Source: Hyphomicrobium sp. (lineage in GTDB: Bacteria > Pseudomonadota > Alphaproteobacteria > Rhizobiales > Hyphomicrobiaceae). Taken from it: a DNA stretch of 64,000 nucleotides. Location: contig NZ_JAIELN010000028.1 of NCBI RefSeq assembly GCF_019753045.1, positions 11,118-75,117 on the forward strand. The letters are read 5' to 3'. The notes under the pieces are model-generated. The model made no database searches and was not told the DNA's origin. It saw nothing but the letters and a program-made list of their open reading frames with translations. Made by a program: the position numbers and the translations under genes. This document shows, one piece after another, positions 19,308-27,687 of this stretch (within the stretch, counting starts at the first letter, position 1; each line of letters opens with the position of its first letter).

Positions 19308-20079
19308 CTTCGCACCGATGCTTCAGAACCAGACGAAGTTCCGCTTCAAGCGGGCTGACGAAGCCGGCTTCACGCTCATCGAATTGCTCGTCAGCATCAC
19401 GATTCTGAGCGTCGTCCTCGGGCTCTTGGGTGTTGGGATCCGAACCTTCTCGACGAACTGGGAGGCGAATTCAAAACATATCGAGACCTTGGACATGGTC
19501 TCCCGCGCATATGACATCCTGAAAAGAGATGCAGCCGGCCTGCAGCGCTTGATCAACGCCAACGGGGAATATCCGCGCTACGTCTTTTCCGGCACGCGCG
19601 ATGCGCTCTCCTTCGTCACCGTCGAGCCGCCTTACCCATCTGAAACGGGTCTCTATTTCGTCAGCTATTCGGCCGCAGCAGCAGGCCAAGGCACAGAGCT
19701 GATCAGAGCGCGCGCACCCTATCAGACCGCCATGCAGACTTTTCCGGGCGCGACGCCCGCAAATCGCGTGTCTTTGCTCGAGGGATCGTTCGTCTATCGA
19801 TTTTCCTACGCCGTGGCGAGCGATGGCCAGAAAGGTTGGCTTATGTCGTGGCCCTACGCGAACCGGCTGCCCGGTCTCGTCCGCCTCGAGATCATCGACG
19901 TCAGTGAGAAGAAGCCCCTCACGCCGCCGCTCGTAGTCGCCATTCGCGCCGATGCGGAACTTGCCTGCATCGAGGATAAGTCTCCGCTTTGCAGCGCCTC
20001 GACGGACGGCGCACTTGGGAAAGCATCAAACAGTGATCAAGACGAAGCCAACGCCAGAGAGAAAGCTGGACATGAGTAG
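19294..20079 (+). CDS. gspJ: Type II secretion minor pseudopilin GspJ
   Basis: Prepilin motif DEAG|FTLIELLVSITILSVVLGLLGV. Alternative starts GTG 19294, ATG 19300, ATG 19318. Confidence 0.7.
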   Translation: MSMNSFAPMLQNQTKFRFKRADEAGFTLIELLVSITILSVVLGLLGVGIRTFSTNWEANSKHIETLDMVSRAYDILKRDAAGLQRLINANGEYPRYVFSGTRDALSFVTVEPPYPSETGLYFVSYSAAAAGQGTELIRARAPYQTAMQTFPGATPANRVSLLEGSFVYRFSYAVASDGQKGWLMSWPYANRLPGLVRLEIIDVSEKKPLTPPLVVAIRADAELACIEDKSPLCSASTDGALGKASNSDQDEANAREKAGHE

Positions 20080-20998
20080 ACCGATATTTCCACTCCCGGA
20101 CGGGTGCAGCGACACAGAGACGGGCAGACAAAGTGGTGTAGCGCTCCTCATCGTTCTCTGGATCGTCGCGTCCGCGGCTCTTCTCGTGTCGGCCTTCGGT
20201 GTCACCGCCCGCAGCGGAGCGTCCTTGGCATCGTCTGAAATTCAGATAACGAGTGCAGAAGCGCTTCTCGATGCGGGCGCCGAAATCGCGGCCGCACATT
20301 TGATCGATGACGATGAGGATCTCCGTTGGCTGGCGGACGGCAGGCCCCACCATGTGGTGTTTGCTGGCGCTAACCTGAAGATCACCATGGCGGACCCCAA
20401 CGGTCTCATCGACTTGAACCGAGCCGATGGCGACCTTCTACTCGGCCTCTTTCGGCAATTCACCTCGTCTGACCAACAAGCGAGAGAAATCCGCGATCGC
20501 ATTCTCCAGGTCCGCGGCGAGACGGTCGGCGATTTGGACCAGAATACTAAAATTAGCAGCGCAAAATCGATCGATCCATCGCGACCTGCAGCTTTCCTAG
20601 ATGTCACGCAACTCCGTTACGTCGAGGGCATGACGCTCGAACTCTACAAGCAGCTCCTGCCGTACCTCACCGTCTATAGCCGCGAGGGTCTTGTAAATCC
20701 TCGGTTCGCACCAGACTCCGTTCTCTCCTCAATTCCCAACATGACCCTATTCGATATCGAGAAGGTGCGGACGTACGTGCGGACCGCCGTCGAAGACCAG
20801 TCGAGTGCTCCTGCAGTGATGGACAAAGTCAGCTCCTTCTTCACCGACGAGACCGGCCCTGCCTACTTGGTGTCTGTCGAAACGCAGACGCCCCGCCAGG
20901 ACTATCGTGCAGCCAAAGCGTTCGTTCTCATCCCCGCTTTCGATAACGATGCCCCCTACCGCGTGATTTCCGAACGTCCCATTGCACTCCTCAATTGA
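20072..20998 (+). CDS. gspK: Type II secretion minor pseudopilin GspK
   Basis: ATG 20072 overlaps the gspJ stop. N-terminus ...RQSGVALLIVLWIVASAALLVSAF lacks the processed Phe, as is typical of GspK. ~308 aa. Confidence 0.7.
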   Translation: MSRPIFPLPDGCSDTETGRQSGVALLIVLWIVASAALLVSAFGVTARSGASLASSEIQITSAEALLDAGAEIAAAHLIDDDEDLRWLADGRPHHVVFAGANLKITMADPNGLIDLNRADGDLLLGLFRQFTSSDQQAREIRDRILQVRGETVGDLDQNTKISSAKSIDPSRPAAFLDVTQLRYVEGMTLELYKQLLPYLTVYSREGLVNPRFAPDSVLSSIPNMTLFDIEKVRTYVRTAVEDQSSAPAVMDKVSSFFTDETGPAYLVSVETQTPRQDYRAAKAFVLIPAFDNDAPYRVISERPIALLN

Positions 20999-21032
20999 CC
21001 GACATGCAGCACGAGATCGCCCGAGCAGAACC

Positions 21033-22130
21033 ATGACCGTAGACGAACTCTCCAGCGCCGCAGCTCAACTTTATTCGCGATGGATCCGCGACTTGAGCCG
21101 CATACTGACGGCCCGCAACTCGGGACCGCGCGGCTGGAGCACGCTTATCCTAAACGCCCCTGAAGGAATGTCTGTGCACGCCAACGACGCGAGCGCTAAC
21201 GGACTTGTCCTAAAACTCTCGCCGAACGCCGCCCCCGAGGAGATCGCGGCACTGAAAAAGCGTGCCATTCAGGAAGCAAGCAAAGACCGCAGGAAGATTC
21301 TATTACGGCTGTCGGCAAGCGATATCGTCGACCGTACAATTCAAATTCCAACCGCCGCAAGTGATCTCGTCGAGCCCCTTCTGCGAAACCAGATGGATCG
21401 CATCGTCCCGTGGCCGGTGGACGAGACCCACTATGGCTACCAGATCGTCGGCACCAATGCGGACGCGCCGGACCAACTCGACATCTACGTCGCTGCAACG
21501 ACGCGAAAGATCGTCGACAACGCATTGCATCGAGCTCACGCGCTCGGACTGAGACCATACGCGGTCGACTTCGCATCGGAACCCGCAGCAGCGACTGGTA
21601 TCGAACTCCTGTCCCTGGAAGCGGATGCGCTAAAGCAGACCGGGCATGTGCTGCACATTGTGTTGATGGTTCTTCTCGCGGCAAGCGTCGCGATGGGAAG
21701 CTTCGGCTTCTACTTGGACTTCGACCGTACGTCCCGGAACGATGGCCTCGAAGAGAAAATTACCGCCGCCAAATCGCAAGTCGAGGAGATCACGAAGCTC
21801 AACGACGAAAATACGCGCCTCAAGGAACAGCGCGAGCATCTGACCAAGCGCAAAATCACCGAGCCGCCTGCATTTCTCCTATTCGAAGCCATGAGCCGGG
21901 CATTGCCGGACAGCGCCTACCTTACGGAGTTTGAAATCCACGGCCGCGAGACTCGTATCGTTGGAAAGTCCGATGACCCAACGGCATTGATCACGACACT
22001 CGAGGACAGCCCGCATTTTGAGGACGTTCGCTTTTCCGCTCCGACAACACGCCAAGAAGGCGACACCGTCGGGACATTCTCCATCGTCGGCCGCGCCGAA
22101 GGCGGCGCAAACTTGGAAGCCCAGCCATGA
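21033..22130 (+). CDS. gspL: Type II secretion assembly protein GspL (PilM/PilN-like fusion architecture)
   Basis: ~365 aa. Cytoplasmic domain, single TM (LHIVLMVLLAASVAMGSFGFYL), coiled region, then a periplasmic PilN/GspL-like domain (YLTEFEIHGRETRIVGKSDDPTALITTLEDSPHFEDV). Position after gspK. Confidence 0.65.
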   Translation: MTVDELSSAAAQLYSRWIRDLSRILTARNSGPRGWSTLILNAPEGMSVHANDASANGLVLKLSPNAAPEEIAALKKRAIQEASKDRRKILLRLSASDIVDRTIQIPTAASDLVEPLLRNQMDRIVPWPVDETHYGYQIVGTNADAPDQLDIYVAATTRKIVDNALHRAHALGLRPYAVDFASEPAAATGIELLSLEADALKQTGHVLHIVLMVLLAASVAMGSFGFYLDFDRTSRNDGLEEKITAAKSQVEEITKLNDENTRLKEQREHLTKRKITEPPAFLLFEAMSRALPDSAYLTEFEIHGRETRIVGKSDDPTALITTLEDSPHFEDVRFSAPTTRQEGDTVGTFSIVGRAEGGANLEAQP

Positions 22131-22705
22131 ACGCGCGCTCTAAGATATCCGCCAGCGTCGCTTCCCTTTCTGTATTGGCCGCCGCACTCTCGCTCATGGT
22201 GCTATTCGCAGCCGCGCCTTTCGTGCGCTTGAGCACAATCGATGCCGCCATAGCGGAACATCAGGTGGAACTATCGAAGCTCCAACAGCAGTTGGCCACG
22301 GAGGGAGGGGTTCGTAAGGAGAACAGCGAATTGGCCATGCTCGGGCAGGACACGGATCTGCTTCTCAAAGGCGAGACCACAGGCATCGCGGGCGCCAACC
22401 TGCAAAAATTGCTGAATAATCTCGTGGTCGCGCACGACGGAGCCGCATCAAGCTTTCAAATCCTGCCGCCGCAGGAGGATGGAAATTTGGTGCGCATTCC
22501 GATGAGTCTTTCGATCAGCGTCGGAGTCGATGGGCTCCGCGATATTCTTTACGACCTGGAAACAGGCACGCCGTTGATCTTCCTCGATGAGATTGCCATC
22601 CGGTCCAAGCAGGGCGATTTCAACACCCCCGATCCGAATTACATCGGCCCCTACGATGTGACGCTTCAGTTGAGCGGTTTCTCCAAAAAGAACGGGACGC
22701 CCTGA
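22127..22705 (+). CDS. gspM: Type II secretion protein GspM-like
   Basis: 192 aa. ATGA start/stop overlap with gspL, one N-terminal TM (ASLSVLAAALSLMVLFAAAPF). Size and position fit GspM. Confidence 0.6.
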   Translation: MNARSKISASVASLSVLAAALSLMVLFAAAPFVRLSTIDAAIAEHQVELSKLQQQLATEGGVRKENSELAMLGQDTDLLLKGETTGIAGANLQKLLNNLVVAHDGAASSFQILPPQEDGNLVRIPMSLSISVGVDGLRDILYDLETGTPLIFLDEIAIRSKQGDFNTPDPNYIGPYDVTLQLSGFSKKNGTP

Positions 22706-22708
22706 GGG

Positions 22709-23227
22709 ATGAAGCAGTACCGTCTCCACCTGATGATCGTGGCTTGTCTGGCTCTTGCCTGCCTGGTCTGGTTCGACAACCAGCAGCCAAACCCCATAGC
22801 CTCCGCGCCGGCCATCGCATCCGGCGAACCGCAAAAACAAACCGATCCCGACTTGTCATCAGACGATGGAAACGAGGCGCCGGGACAAATCTCAATCGGC
22901 AATCCTTTGGTAGCGATCGCGAAAGAAGATCTGAGGGATACGGTCGAGCGCCCTCTGCTCGCGCCAAGCCGCAGGCGCCCGGACGAGGCCAAGACTGCCA
23001 AGCACCAGGACGCGCCGGCCGGTGAGAAGCCAGTCTACGAATTACTCGGCGTGGTTCTCAACGGAGATCGTGCAATAGCGCTCCTGCGCAATGCGGCCGA
23101 TGGAACGAGCTTTCGAGTCGAGAGCGGGGATATGGTGGGCAGCTGGCGCGTTGCGAGGGTGGAAACAGCGTCCGTGTTTCTGGAGCGCAGCGATGGCACA
23201 TCGCTCTCCGTGAACCTCAGTCACTAG
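22709..23227 (+). CDS. Type II secretion accessory protein (GspC/GspN-like, PilP-type HR domain)
   Basis: 172 aa. N-terminal TM (LMIVACLALACLVWF), Pro/charged linker, C-terminal YELLGVVLNGDRAIALLRNAADGTSFRVESGDMVGSWRVARVETASVFLER resembling the GspC HR / PilP fold. No PDZ domain. Confidence 0.45.
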   Translation: MKQYRLHLMIVACLALACLVWFDNQQPNPIASAPAIASGEPQKQTDPDLSSDDGNEAPGQISIGNPLVAIAKEDLRDTVERPLLAPSRRRPDEAKTAKHQDAPAGEKPVYELLGVVLNGDRAIALLRNAADGTSFRVESGDMVGSWRVARVETASVFLERSDGTSLSVNLSH

Positions 23228-23279
23228 AGAAACGGCGCAGTACATGGCATGTGGATCTACACGCACATGCTCAGAAAAC

Positions 23280-23762
23280 TCATTCGTCCGGACCGCTTCC
23301 AACATTTCGCGGACGAGTGCGTTTCCCGTCGTCGGAATATGCCTGACTAGGCGCTTCCGGAGCATGGCCTGCGGCCCCATTCACAGCGGCCTTCGCCTGG
23401 CGGGCGCCATAAACAGCATCGATGACGATGACCTTCTCGATGCCGCTAACGGTATCGGCTGAGCGAACGATAACGTGGTTGCGGTTGCGAAGCAGGCGCT
23501 CGAGAATGCTGTTGAGGTTTCCAGAGAGAGTTGCGGACAGCGTGTCGCCGCCCTCGTCGACCTTCTCCACTCCCAGAATTTTGAATCCGTATTTTGCTCC
23601 GAGGTTCTGAAGGATAGCGCCCATGGCCATGTCTTCGATCGTGAGCGTTACGTTGTCACGCGGACTATCGCCAGCGACAGTCAGACCGGCAGCTTGCAGA
23701 GGTTGCGCACAAAGTGGGAAGACGCAAGCCACAATAAGAAGATGGCGATAAGCCTTCAGCAT
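23280..23762 (-). CDS. Secreted hypothetical protein (possible STN-like domain)
   Basis: 160 aa. Signal peptide MLKAYRHLLIVACVFPLCAQPLQA. VTLTIEDMAMGAILQNLGAKYGFKILG...LSGNLNSILERLL is reminiscent of secretin/TonB short N-terminal (STN) domains. Convergent with the end of the gsp operon. Confidence 0.45.
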   Translation of the reverse strand: MLKAYRHLLIVACVFPLCAQPLQAAGLTVAGDSPRDNVTLTIEDMAMGAILQNLGAKYGFKILGVEKVDEGGDTLSATLSGNLNSILERLLRNRNHVIVRSADTVSGIEKVIVIDAVYGARQAKAAVNGAAGHAPEAPSQAYSDDGKRTRPRNVGSGPDE

Positions 23763-23907
23763 TTCCCCTCCGAAACGTTTTTCGGGCGGGACAATGGCGC
23801 GATGCCGGTTGGCGCGCTACCGAAATATTCCGGTGCTTTTACTGTCATCGGTTGTTCACATGACAAAGGCAAAAGGGCGCGGCTAACTTCGGAGACACTC
23901 AGCATTC

Positions 23908-24528
23908 ATGAGCCAAATTGCTCAGCTATTTCCCACTCCGGTGATGCGCGTTGAAAAGCTTTTGGATGAAGACTTGATACGCCGGTTGACAGGCGAGTTC
24001 GCAGCTTCCCGCAAGCTTGATAACGACAAATCGAACCAGCTGTCGCATAGCGAAATTATGAGCCCGGGCGGTCGAGAGTCTTTTCTCGAGGTGAGCGAGC
24101 TCATCCGGCCCAAGCTTGTCGAGTTCGGTGCTCTACTATTCGGCGAAGACCTCGAGTGGATGATCAAAGAGATCTGGATCAACATCCTGGAAACCGGCGG
24201 AAAGCAAGCGATCCACACGCATGCGAATAGCTTCGTATCAGGCGTGCTCTACCTGACAAACTCTCATCGCTCTGCGAATCTGGTATTTCACAAGAGCCTC
24301 GGCGGCACCGATTTCATCTTCAGCAATCAGAACAAGAATGTGAAATACGGTCCGTTCAACGGCAGTAAATGGGCAATGCCGGCGATCTCTGCCGGGGACC
24401 TCGTTTTGTTTCCGAGCTATTTGCTTCACGAAGTGCCGGTGAATCACGGCAACCGGCGCATTTCGGTTGCCTTCAACGCGGTTCCCAAACGGCTCGATTC
24501 ATTCGGCTATGCGGTCAACTTCTCTTGA
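23908..24528 (+). CDS. Putative 2OG-Fe(II) oxygenase, TIGR02466-like family
   Basis: 206 aa. LFPTPVMRV N-terminus, WINILETGGKQAIHTHANSFVSGVLYL and GDLVLFPSYLLHEV motifs typical of this family. Confidence 0.7.
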   Translation: MSQIAQLFPTPVMRVEKLLDEDLIRRLTGEFAASRKLDNDKSNQLSHSEIMSPGGRESFLEVSELIRPKLVEFGALLFGEDLEWMIKEIWINILETGGKQAIHTHANSFVSGVLYLTNSHRSANLVFHKSLGGTDFIFSNQNKNVKYGPFNGSKWAMPAISAGDLVLFPSYLLHEVPVNHGNRRISVAFNAVPKRLDSFGYAVNFS

Positions 24529-24577
24529 AACTTGATGACGCTTGCTTTCCAGACCAAGGCCCCTCGTCCAAAAGAAG

Positions 24578-25045
24578 ATGATCATGAGGACCGTTACCGT
24601 GATCGGCGTCTACATCCCCATGCTGGTACTTGGAGCATCGCTGCTCATGCCGGCGCAGGCAAGCTCTCAGGAAATGTATGACGCCTCCGTTCCCTCCGTC
24701 GGCGATATCCTCAGAGATCCCCCGACGAAGATGCAGATCACTTTCTCGGAGGAAATTCATGTGACCGAGGTCCGGCTTGTCGGCGTCGACAACGGGCGCG
24801 AGATATGGCCGATCGAATGGCCAAAGACGGATGAGGATGTCTTCAAGGTCGAGATCGCGGTGACCAAGCCGCTGCCGCCAGGCAAATATCAGATCGAATG
24901 GATTGCCGATGTGCGGCAGCACCATCACTCGGATGGCGGCGTCATTCCCTTCACCGTCACGTCCCAAGACCTGCCGCACCAGAGCAATCCACTAATGCCG
25001 GTGGCAGTACCTCCTGAAAATGCCGCGCCGCCAGATATCCCTTGA
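24578..25045 (+). CDS. CopC-domain periplasmic (copper-binding-like) protein
   Basis: Signal peptide MIMRTVTVIGVYIPMLVLGASLLMPAQA. CopC-like beta-sandwich pattern (PPTKMQITFSEEIHVTEVRLVG...LPPGKYQIEWIADVRQHHHSDGGVIPFTV). The ORF starts at TTG 24542; ATG 24578 is preferred. Confidence 0.65.
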   Translation: MIMRTVTVIGVYIPMLVLGASLLMPAQASSQEMYDASVPSVGDILRDPPTKMQITFSEEIHVTEVRLVGVDNGREIWPIEWPKTDEDVFKVEIAVTKPLPPGKYQIEWIADVRQHHHSDGGVIPFTVTSQDLPHQSNPLMPVAVPPENAAPPDIP

Positions 25046-25279
25046 ACATCTATGCCAAGGCCGAAAGGTTGTAGCCTCAGAAGCTGCCCTGCTTTGGTCT
25101 CGTCCGGCCATCACGCTCCCTCGCGTCTGCTTCGTTGAATCGGTAATAGACGCGCCAATAGACGGCAACGCGGCGCGCGGCTATTGAGCCGCTCAGAATT
25201 TTTCATGCTTTGAAATAGATACATGGCGCAGCCCCGAGGGCCGCGGCTCCGCCGTATCCGCCTTTGCATAGCGCTTGCG

Positions 25280-25315
25280 AAAAAGAAAACTGGGGGCCCG
25301 GAACCCGGCCCCCAG
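25280..25315 (-). terminator. Rho-independent terminator downstream of the PHP-like gene
   Basis: Minus strand: stem CTGGGGGCC / GGCCCCCAG (25290-25298 with 25307-25315), followed by TTTTCTTTTT (A-rich 25280-25289 on the plus strand). Confidence 0.8.
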
Positions 25316-25369
25316 TCGCATCTCTAGATAAGACGGTGCGACCGCTAGATAACGATCGCACCTCTGCCT

Positions 25370-27376
25370 TTAGTTCTTCGCGAGCTGCTGTGCGAGCTCG
25401 GCGTTCTTCTCAACCAGAAGCTTCGGCTGATCAGATACACGGACGAAGATCGGGTTCGTGTAGAACCACAGATCCGCCCAAGCTGCGACGTCGTAGCTCG
25501 AGATCTTCTGGCCGTTCAAGACCTGCATGTGCGCGGGGCAAGACTTGTCGGTGCAGGGGATCGTGTTCTTCGCATCCGTAACTGCCGTCGGATCGAGATC
25601 CGCCAGCGGGTTGCCCTGAGCATCGGTCTCGACCGGCGTCGAACGAGGCAGGTTGGTGCCGCGCGCACGGATGTACTGGTTGCTCTGGACGTTCGGGATA
25701 ACGAAGCTCATCGTACGCGTCTGGCCCTTCTTCGTCCACTTGCTGCCATCGAACGTGGCATAAATGGCAGCCGAGGAGTTGGTCGCGTCCGTGTACTTCG
25801 CATCAGTCGGCGCGATAACGCCCGTGATTTCGCCGCGGATGAAATCGACATGGTCAAGCTTCGGCTTGTTCAGCGGTTGCTTGATTCCAACCTGGAGCAG
25901 CGATGGGTTGTTGAACTTGTACGGCGAGTTATTCGCCTTGTCCGGATCGGTAACCGTGAGCGTGATCCGAACCGACTTGCCGCGAGGAACAACCAAAGTC
26001 TCGCCCATTTTAGCGGGAGCTGCCGTACTCGGGCAGGGCTTTTTCTTGTTGTGGCTCTCGCATTCCTCGACAATCTCTGCCTTGTAAGACAACTCGCCAG
26101 AGATCAGGTCACCCGAAACCGAGAACGAGTTGCCGGCGCGAACCGCATCGACGATGTATTGCGGACGCAGCAGAACTGAACGGCTGCCAGCACGCGGGAT
26201 GTAGAGCTTCTGATATTCGCCAGGATAGAAGTCCTGCGTCGATTCACGAACGTACGGGCTGAACGCGCCGCGGTTGTGCCAATCGGAGCTCGCATAGAAG
26301 AACCAATTGCGGCCTTCGCCCAGCATTGCATCCCACAGGCCGCCGATCTTGGCGCCGTAAATGCCCGTGCCGCCAAAGGTCGTTACGCCAGCGGAGTCGA
26401 TGCCCGCACCGCCGAAATTCTTGCGATACTCGCCGCGGTTATTGCTGGCCTGATGGCCCGGCATCGTTTCGAAGCCGACTGCAACCGTCGGGCCCGCATT
26501 ATTGAAGTCGCGGAAGTGCTCGACGTTGAAGCCACGGTTGCCGTTCGGGTCGAACACGCCAGCGCGCTCGACGTGAGCAGGAACGTAGTAGCTCTGCAGC
26601 GGATAATGGGCCTGCATCCAGGCAACGCTGGGAACGGCTTTGTTCATGTGGTTCGCAGTGCCCAGACCGGCGCCCGTGGCATTCGCCACCTTGCCCTTCC
26701 AGATGCCGCTATTGGCGACGCCCGGCGTACCGCCCGGACCGCTCATATCCGTGTCGCTGCGATCGAACCGGTATTCGAACTCGGCGAGCGCGTCGGCGTT
26801 GCCCGTGCGGCCTTTCCAATCCCAAGAACGCTGCGCGCCGAGAACCGTGCTGCTGACGTGCTCATGGCCGGGAGAGTTTGTCTCGAGGCCAACGTACAGC
26901 ATCGGATTTTTGAGCTTCTTCGACATCCGCGAAACTTCGGGATACACGATTTCCTGAAGCATCTGCCAACGCCACATGGCGCGGTGAGGGAGTCCATCCG
27001 GAGAGCTCGAAGTCGAGTTCACGACGTCGCCTTTGATTGCGCCGGCGCCGATCGTCTGTTCCCAGAGCTTGCCACTGCCCGTCTTCGAGGAATCACCTTC
27101 CGGATCGTCGTAACGGCAATCACGTGTGTAGCTGCCGCCGTGGCCGGCCTGTGCCATCCAGTCAAGATCGAACGTATTGATCGACTTGGTGATCATCGTC
27201 TCGAGCGAGGTGGTGCCGTCGGTGCAGGTGGTGTGGTTGTGAAAGTCACCCGCCATATAGCTGTCAGTTTCAGCGGAATTTCCGGCGTTGGCCGGCGCGA
27301 ACCCGGCAACGCTCGCTGCGATCACCAGCGCGGACGCTTGCGCGACACGGCGACTGTACGAATCTGATTTAGACAT
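25370..27376 (-). CDS. Large secreted PHP-like metal-dependent phosphoesterase (uncharacterised family, possibly DUF3604-related)
   Basis: ~669 aa from ATG 27376 (GAGGGG RBS). Signal peptide ...SRRVAQASALVIAASVAGFAPANA. GDFHNHTTCTDG (PHP motif I HxH...D), later GHGGSY, GLETNSPGHEHVSS and SSDWHNRG His clusters. No other domain recognised. Confidence 0.55.
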   Translation of the reverse strand: MSKSDSYSRRVAQASALVIAASVAGFAPANAGNSAETDSYMAGDFHNHTTCTDGTTSLETMITKSINTFDLDWMAQAGHGGSYTRDCRYDDPEGDSSKTGSGKLWEQTIGAGAIKGDVVNSTSSSPDGLPHRAMWRWQMLQEIVYPEVSRMSKKLKNPMLYVGLETNSPGHEHVSSTVLGAQRSWDWKGRTGNADALAEFEYRFDRSDTDMSGPGGTPGVANSGIWKGKVANATGAGLGTANHMNKAVPSVAWMQAHYPLQSYYVPAHVERAGVFDPNGNRGFNVEHFRDFNNAGPTVAVGFETMPGHQASNNRGEYRKNFGGAGIDSAGVTTFGGTGIYGAKIGGLWDAMLGEGRNWFFYASSDWHNRGAFSPYVRESTQDFYPGEYQKLYIPRAGSRSVLLRPQYIVDAVRAGNSFSVSGDLISGELSYKAEIVEECESHNKKKPCPSTAAPAKMGETLVVPRGKSVRITLTVTDPDKANNSPYKFNNPSLLQVGIKQPLNKPKLDHVDFIRGEITGVIAPTDAKYTDATNSSAAIYATFDGSKWTKKGQTRTMSFVIPNVQSNQYIRARGTNLPRSTPVETDAQGNPLADLDPTAVTDAKNTIPCTDKSCPAHMQVLNGQKISSYDVAAWADLWFYTNPIFVRVSDQPKLLVEKNAELAQQLAKN

Positions 27377-27555
27377 ACCCCTCAACTTCCCTTTAGCCTC
27401 TTGATTAAACCGCTTCAGAGCGGACCGCGCGACGGATAACTACTGACGATGACAGAGGTCTGAAGGAAAAATAACAGCGTCCCAGGAAAGCGACCCGTCG
27501 GCGCAAATTGAACGAAACTCATTTCGCTCCATCGCTTTGCACTGTCATAGGCCCG

Positions 27556-27634
27556 ACATCTCGGTGCGGTTAATCGCAGTTTGCTCGCGCAGTGAGTGCC
27601 GGCCACACGCGGCCGAATTCCGCGACCGAGATGT
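27556..27634 (+). promoter_or_regulatory. Structured element in the leader of the parvulin-HupE operon
   Basis: ACATCTCGGTGCGG (27556-27569) pairs with CCGCGACCGAGATGT (27620-27634): 10 bp, a 1-nt bulge, then 4 bp. It encloses a ~50-nt GC-rich insert and lies ~55 nt upstream of ATG 27688. Confidence 0.35.
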
Positions 27635-27687
27635 TAGGGAGTCCAATAGCCGTTATGACTTTCACGCCGCCTGCCGACGGCAGAACG

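Noticed and set aside
26276-27367. 363-aa plus-strand ORF
   Set aside because: Antisense to the 669-aa secreted PHP-like gene, which has a signal peptide, an RBS and a terminator. The product is Arg/Ala-rich with no motifs.
27386-27687. Cobalamin or NiCo riboswitch upstream of the HupE genes
   Set aside because: I could not find a B12 box (GCCACTG-type core) or the conserved junction sequences of either class. Only a generic long helix is present (reported separately at low confidence). It needs a covariance-model scan.
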